A DNA stretch of 21,031 nucleotides from Acidobacteriota bacterium (lineage in GTDB: Bacteria > Acidobacteriota > Polarisedimenticolia > Gp22-AA2): contig JAYUCR010000397.1 in NCBI GenBank assembly GCA_043740165.1, positions 1-21,031 on the forward strand. Direction: 5' to 3'. The first letter of the stretch is position 1. The number at the start of each line of letters is the position of its first letter. The position numbers were made by a program, and so were the translations under genes. Below are positions 19,137 through 21,031 of the stretch, one piece after another. The notes beneath the pieces were generated by a model. That model was given only the letters and a program-made list of their open reading frames with translations, did not search any database and was not told the DNA's origin.

Positions 19137-21031
19137 GTGAACGGGGGCTCTCCCGGGTCGAGCCCGGCCCCGCCGGTCCTCCTGGCGGAGCGCCAGGGAG
19201 TGGTGTTCGTCGCCACGTCACAAAGCGTCGACGGCCTGCGCGTCCCGCGGCGTTACTGGGGGACCGACATGGGTGTCGTGGCGATCCCGGCGCACGAGGA
19301 GGAGGTGCGGGCCTGCGAGCTGCTCCCCCCTTCGGATGCCGGCGCCTGGCCGCGCGCCCTGCCGCGCCCCGACCTGCTCTCTCCGGTTCTGTCGCGTCTC
19401 CTCAGCGTCGAGCACATGGAGATGAGTCTCTATCCGGGGCGCGACGGCCTGAAAGCGATGCTGATCGCCCCGGACGGGCAGCGCCTGCCGTTCCCGATCG
19501 CCCCCAAGGATGCGCTCGGCCTCCTGGCCGCGGTCTTCCACCATGCGCCGCGCGGTGTCGTCGCCCTGAACGCGAGCCGCCCCGGGCGGCTGCTCCTCGC
19601 CGTCCAGCCGGCCGCCCGGCCGCACGAGTACCGCGTGCGGCTCGCCGGCGCCGTGGCCACACCGAAGCCGGGCAGCCTGCCCGAGATTGGCGCCTCGATG
19701 TCGCTCCTCGAAATCCTGAACGAATCGCTCGATCGTCCCTCGGGATTGATGCTGGTCGCCGGGGGCAGCTCCTCGGGGCGCAGCACGACCCTGGACCTTC
19801 TGGCCGGATCGCTCCTGGCGCGCGGCCGGAGCGGCGGCCGGATCGGCCCGCGGCGCGAGACCGCGAACCCGAACCTCCCCTGGCTCGCCGACGCCGTCAC
19901 CGACTGGCCGTTTCCGGAGAGCCTCAAGGAGGCGGCGCCCGACTTCGTCATGATGGAGCGGCTGGAAGGACTGCGGCACCTGCTGCTCGCCGCCCGCCTC
20001 GCCGGGACGGGGACGCTGGTGCTGGCCGGCGCGCCCCCCGCCGAGCCGCAGGCGCTGGTGCGCCGCGTGGCGCGCGAGCTCGAGGCCGGCGCCGGACCCG
20101 AGGTGCCGGTGATGGTGCTGGCGCAGTCCCTGCTGCGCACCGTCTGCCGCGGATGCACCACGTGGACGGCGATCCCGGCGGCGCGCGCGTTGCGCCTCGG
20201 GTTCCACCGCTGGGATCTGGAGGAGATGGAGCGCCGCGGCGGGCTCGCCGTCCCGGCCCGCAAAGGCTGCCCCACCTGTGCCGGGACCGGCATCGCCGGG
20301 CTCACGGGGGTGTTCAGCTATGCCGGGTCGGACGGCCTCTCGAGCGCGCTGCCGACGCTGCGCGAAGAAGGCTGGCGCAAGGTTGTCGAAGGCATCGCCG
20401 ACGTCGATGACGTCGCGGCCCTGCCGGGTGGGCATCACGCCATGCGTTCCCTGCGCGAGATCGCCGTGCTGGCCGGCACGACGCCGATGGCGCGCCATGA
20501 GCCCGACGGCGTCGCCACCGCGGCGTCGGCCCGTCCGGTCGCCGCGCGACCCGCCGCGGCCCCGCCGGTCAAGTCCGGCGCCGTCGCGCGCGGCTCCTCC
20601 TCCGCCGACGTCGACATCCTCGTGGCGCTGTTGCGCGCCGCGCGCGCCGGGCAGCCGCCGCAGCCGGAGCGCATGGCCGAGCTGGCGCGCGGCGTCGCCG
20701 GCCGGGCGATGCAGGGCGAGCTCGACACCCAGCTCCAGCCGCCGCCCGCCGGCTACCACATGGGGCGCCGGGCGGTGAACACGGCGGTCCTGGCGGTGCG
20801 GATCGTGGCGGCGCTGGGTCAGACCGAGGACGCTCCGGCGACGGCCACGCTGGCGCTGCTCCATGACATCGGGCTGCTCGAGGCGGGTGTCGATCCGGGG
20901 GCCGAATCGGGCCCTCAACTGAGCGAAGCCGCTCTCGATCCCCAGGGGGCACGGATGCGCCCCGCCACCATGCTGCGCGCGCTTGGCCTTCCCGACGCCG
21001 AGCTGGCGGCCCGGATCGCCGACGCGCAGAC
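19137..21031 (+). CDS. GspE/PilB-like (type II/IV secretion ATPase fold) protein with degenerate catalytic motifs, fused to a C-terminal HD domain; 3' end outside the window
   Basis: I translated this frame by hand; it is open from 18957 to the window end and is absent from the track because it is truncated. The T2SSE-like order is kept. There is an N-terminal GspE-N-like segment (VLLAERQGVVFVATSQSVDGL....GVVAIPAHEEEV). Walker A-like GLMLVAGGSSSGRSTTL stands where GPTGSGKTTTL is expected. Walker B-like PDFVMMERLEG stands for PDVIMVGEIRD. His-box-like TGTLVLAGAP stands for TGHLVLSTLH. LAQSLLRTVCRGC...KGCPTCAGTGIAGLTGVF is the tetracysteine motif. After an Ala/Pro linker comes an HD motif, ATLALLHDIGLL (His-Asp at 20862-20867). 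The start is uncertain: GTG 19137 (4 nt after the kinase stop), GTG 19200 or ATG 19269. Confidence 0.65.
   Translation, partial: MNGGSPGSSPAPPVLLAERQGVVFVATSQSVDGLRVPRRYWGTDMGVVAIPAHEEEVRACELLPPSDAGAWPRALPRPDLLSPVLSRLLSVEHMEMSLYPGRDGLKAMLIAPDGQRLPFPIAPKDALGLLAAVFHHAPRGVVALNASRPGRLLLAVQPAARPHEYRVRLAGAVATPKPGSLPEIGASMSLLEILNESLDRPSGLMLVAGGSSSGRSTTLDLLAGSLLARGRSGGRIGPRRETANPNLPWLADAVTDWPFPESLKEAAPDFVMMERLEGLRHLLLAARLAGTGTLVLAGAPPAEPQALVRRVARELEAGAGPEVPVMVLAQSLLRTVCRGCTTWTAIPAARALRLGFHRWDLEEMERRGGLAVPARKGCPTCAGTGIAGLTGVFSYAGSDGLSSALPTLREEGWRKVVEGIADVDDVAALPGGHHAMRSLREIAVLAGTTPMARHEPDGVATAASARPVAARPAAAPPVKSGAVARGSSSADVDILVALLRAARAGQPPQPERMAELARGVAGRAMQGELDTQLQPPPAGYHMGRRAVNTAVLAVRIVAALGQTEDAPATATLALLHDIGLLEAGVDPGAESGPQLSEAALDPQGARMRPATMLRALGLPDAELAARIADAQ

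Noticed and set aside
19218-20918. 566-aa minus-strand ORF, the longest track ORF in this interval
   Set aside because: Its translation is Arg/Gly/Ala/Pro-rich low-complexity sequence with no recognisable motifs. This is typical of an antisense shadow ORF in high-GC DNA. The plus strand in the same interval encodes a protein with ordered GspE-like and HD motifs.
15286-21031. Classification of the plus-strand cluster as a standard lasso-peptide cluster
   Set aside because: PqqD, an HprK-like kinase and a PF14907 nucleotidyltransferase are lasso-associated. However, no Asn-synthetase-like cyclase or transglutaminase-like leader protease is present in the window. The candidate core also lacks an Asp/Glu at positions 7-9 after any plausible cleavage site. 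Genes beyond the 3' edge cannot be excluded.

Overview
This is a high-GC (visually about 70%) bacterial chromosomal segment with two parts. Part A (50-14956) lies entirely on the minus strand. It is a tightly packed run of housekeeping genes: leuS, lptE, holA, guaA, dnaE, metK and ahcY, followed by a large membrane-anchored alkaline-phosphatase-superfamily/TPR protein. The leuS-lptE-holA order matches the classical enterobacterial arrangement, and several junctions overlap or are 1-5 nt apart. Part B (15286 to the window end) is on the plus strand, divergent from leuS. It is a compact operon of overlapping genes that reads as a RiPP (ribosomally synthesised, post-translationally modified peptide) biosynthetic cluster of an unusual composition. 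In order it encodes a PF14907-type nucleotidyltransferase, a stand-alone PqqD/RRE protein, a radical-SAM/SPASM enzyme and a 63-aa ORF. That ORF is missing from the ORF track as a separate entry; it has three Cys in its C-terminal half and ends in Ser. An HPr-kinase-like P-loop kinase follows, and then, 4 nt later, a catalytically degenerate GspE/PilB-like ATPase fold fused to an HD domain that runs off the window. No lasso cyclase, lanthipeptide, YcaO or other class-defining RiPP enzyme is present, so the rSAM + RRE + HprK-like kinase + nucleotidyltransferase combination is the main candidate for an undescribed system. The 330-nt divergent intergenic region holds a 21-bp long-range inverted repeat with nested and competing hairpins. 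I saw no rRNA, tRNA, CRISPR array, transposase or integrase. All family assignments come from reading motifs in the translations by eye; no database search was run.
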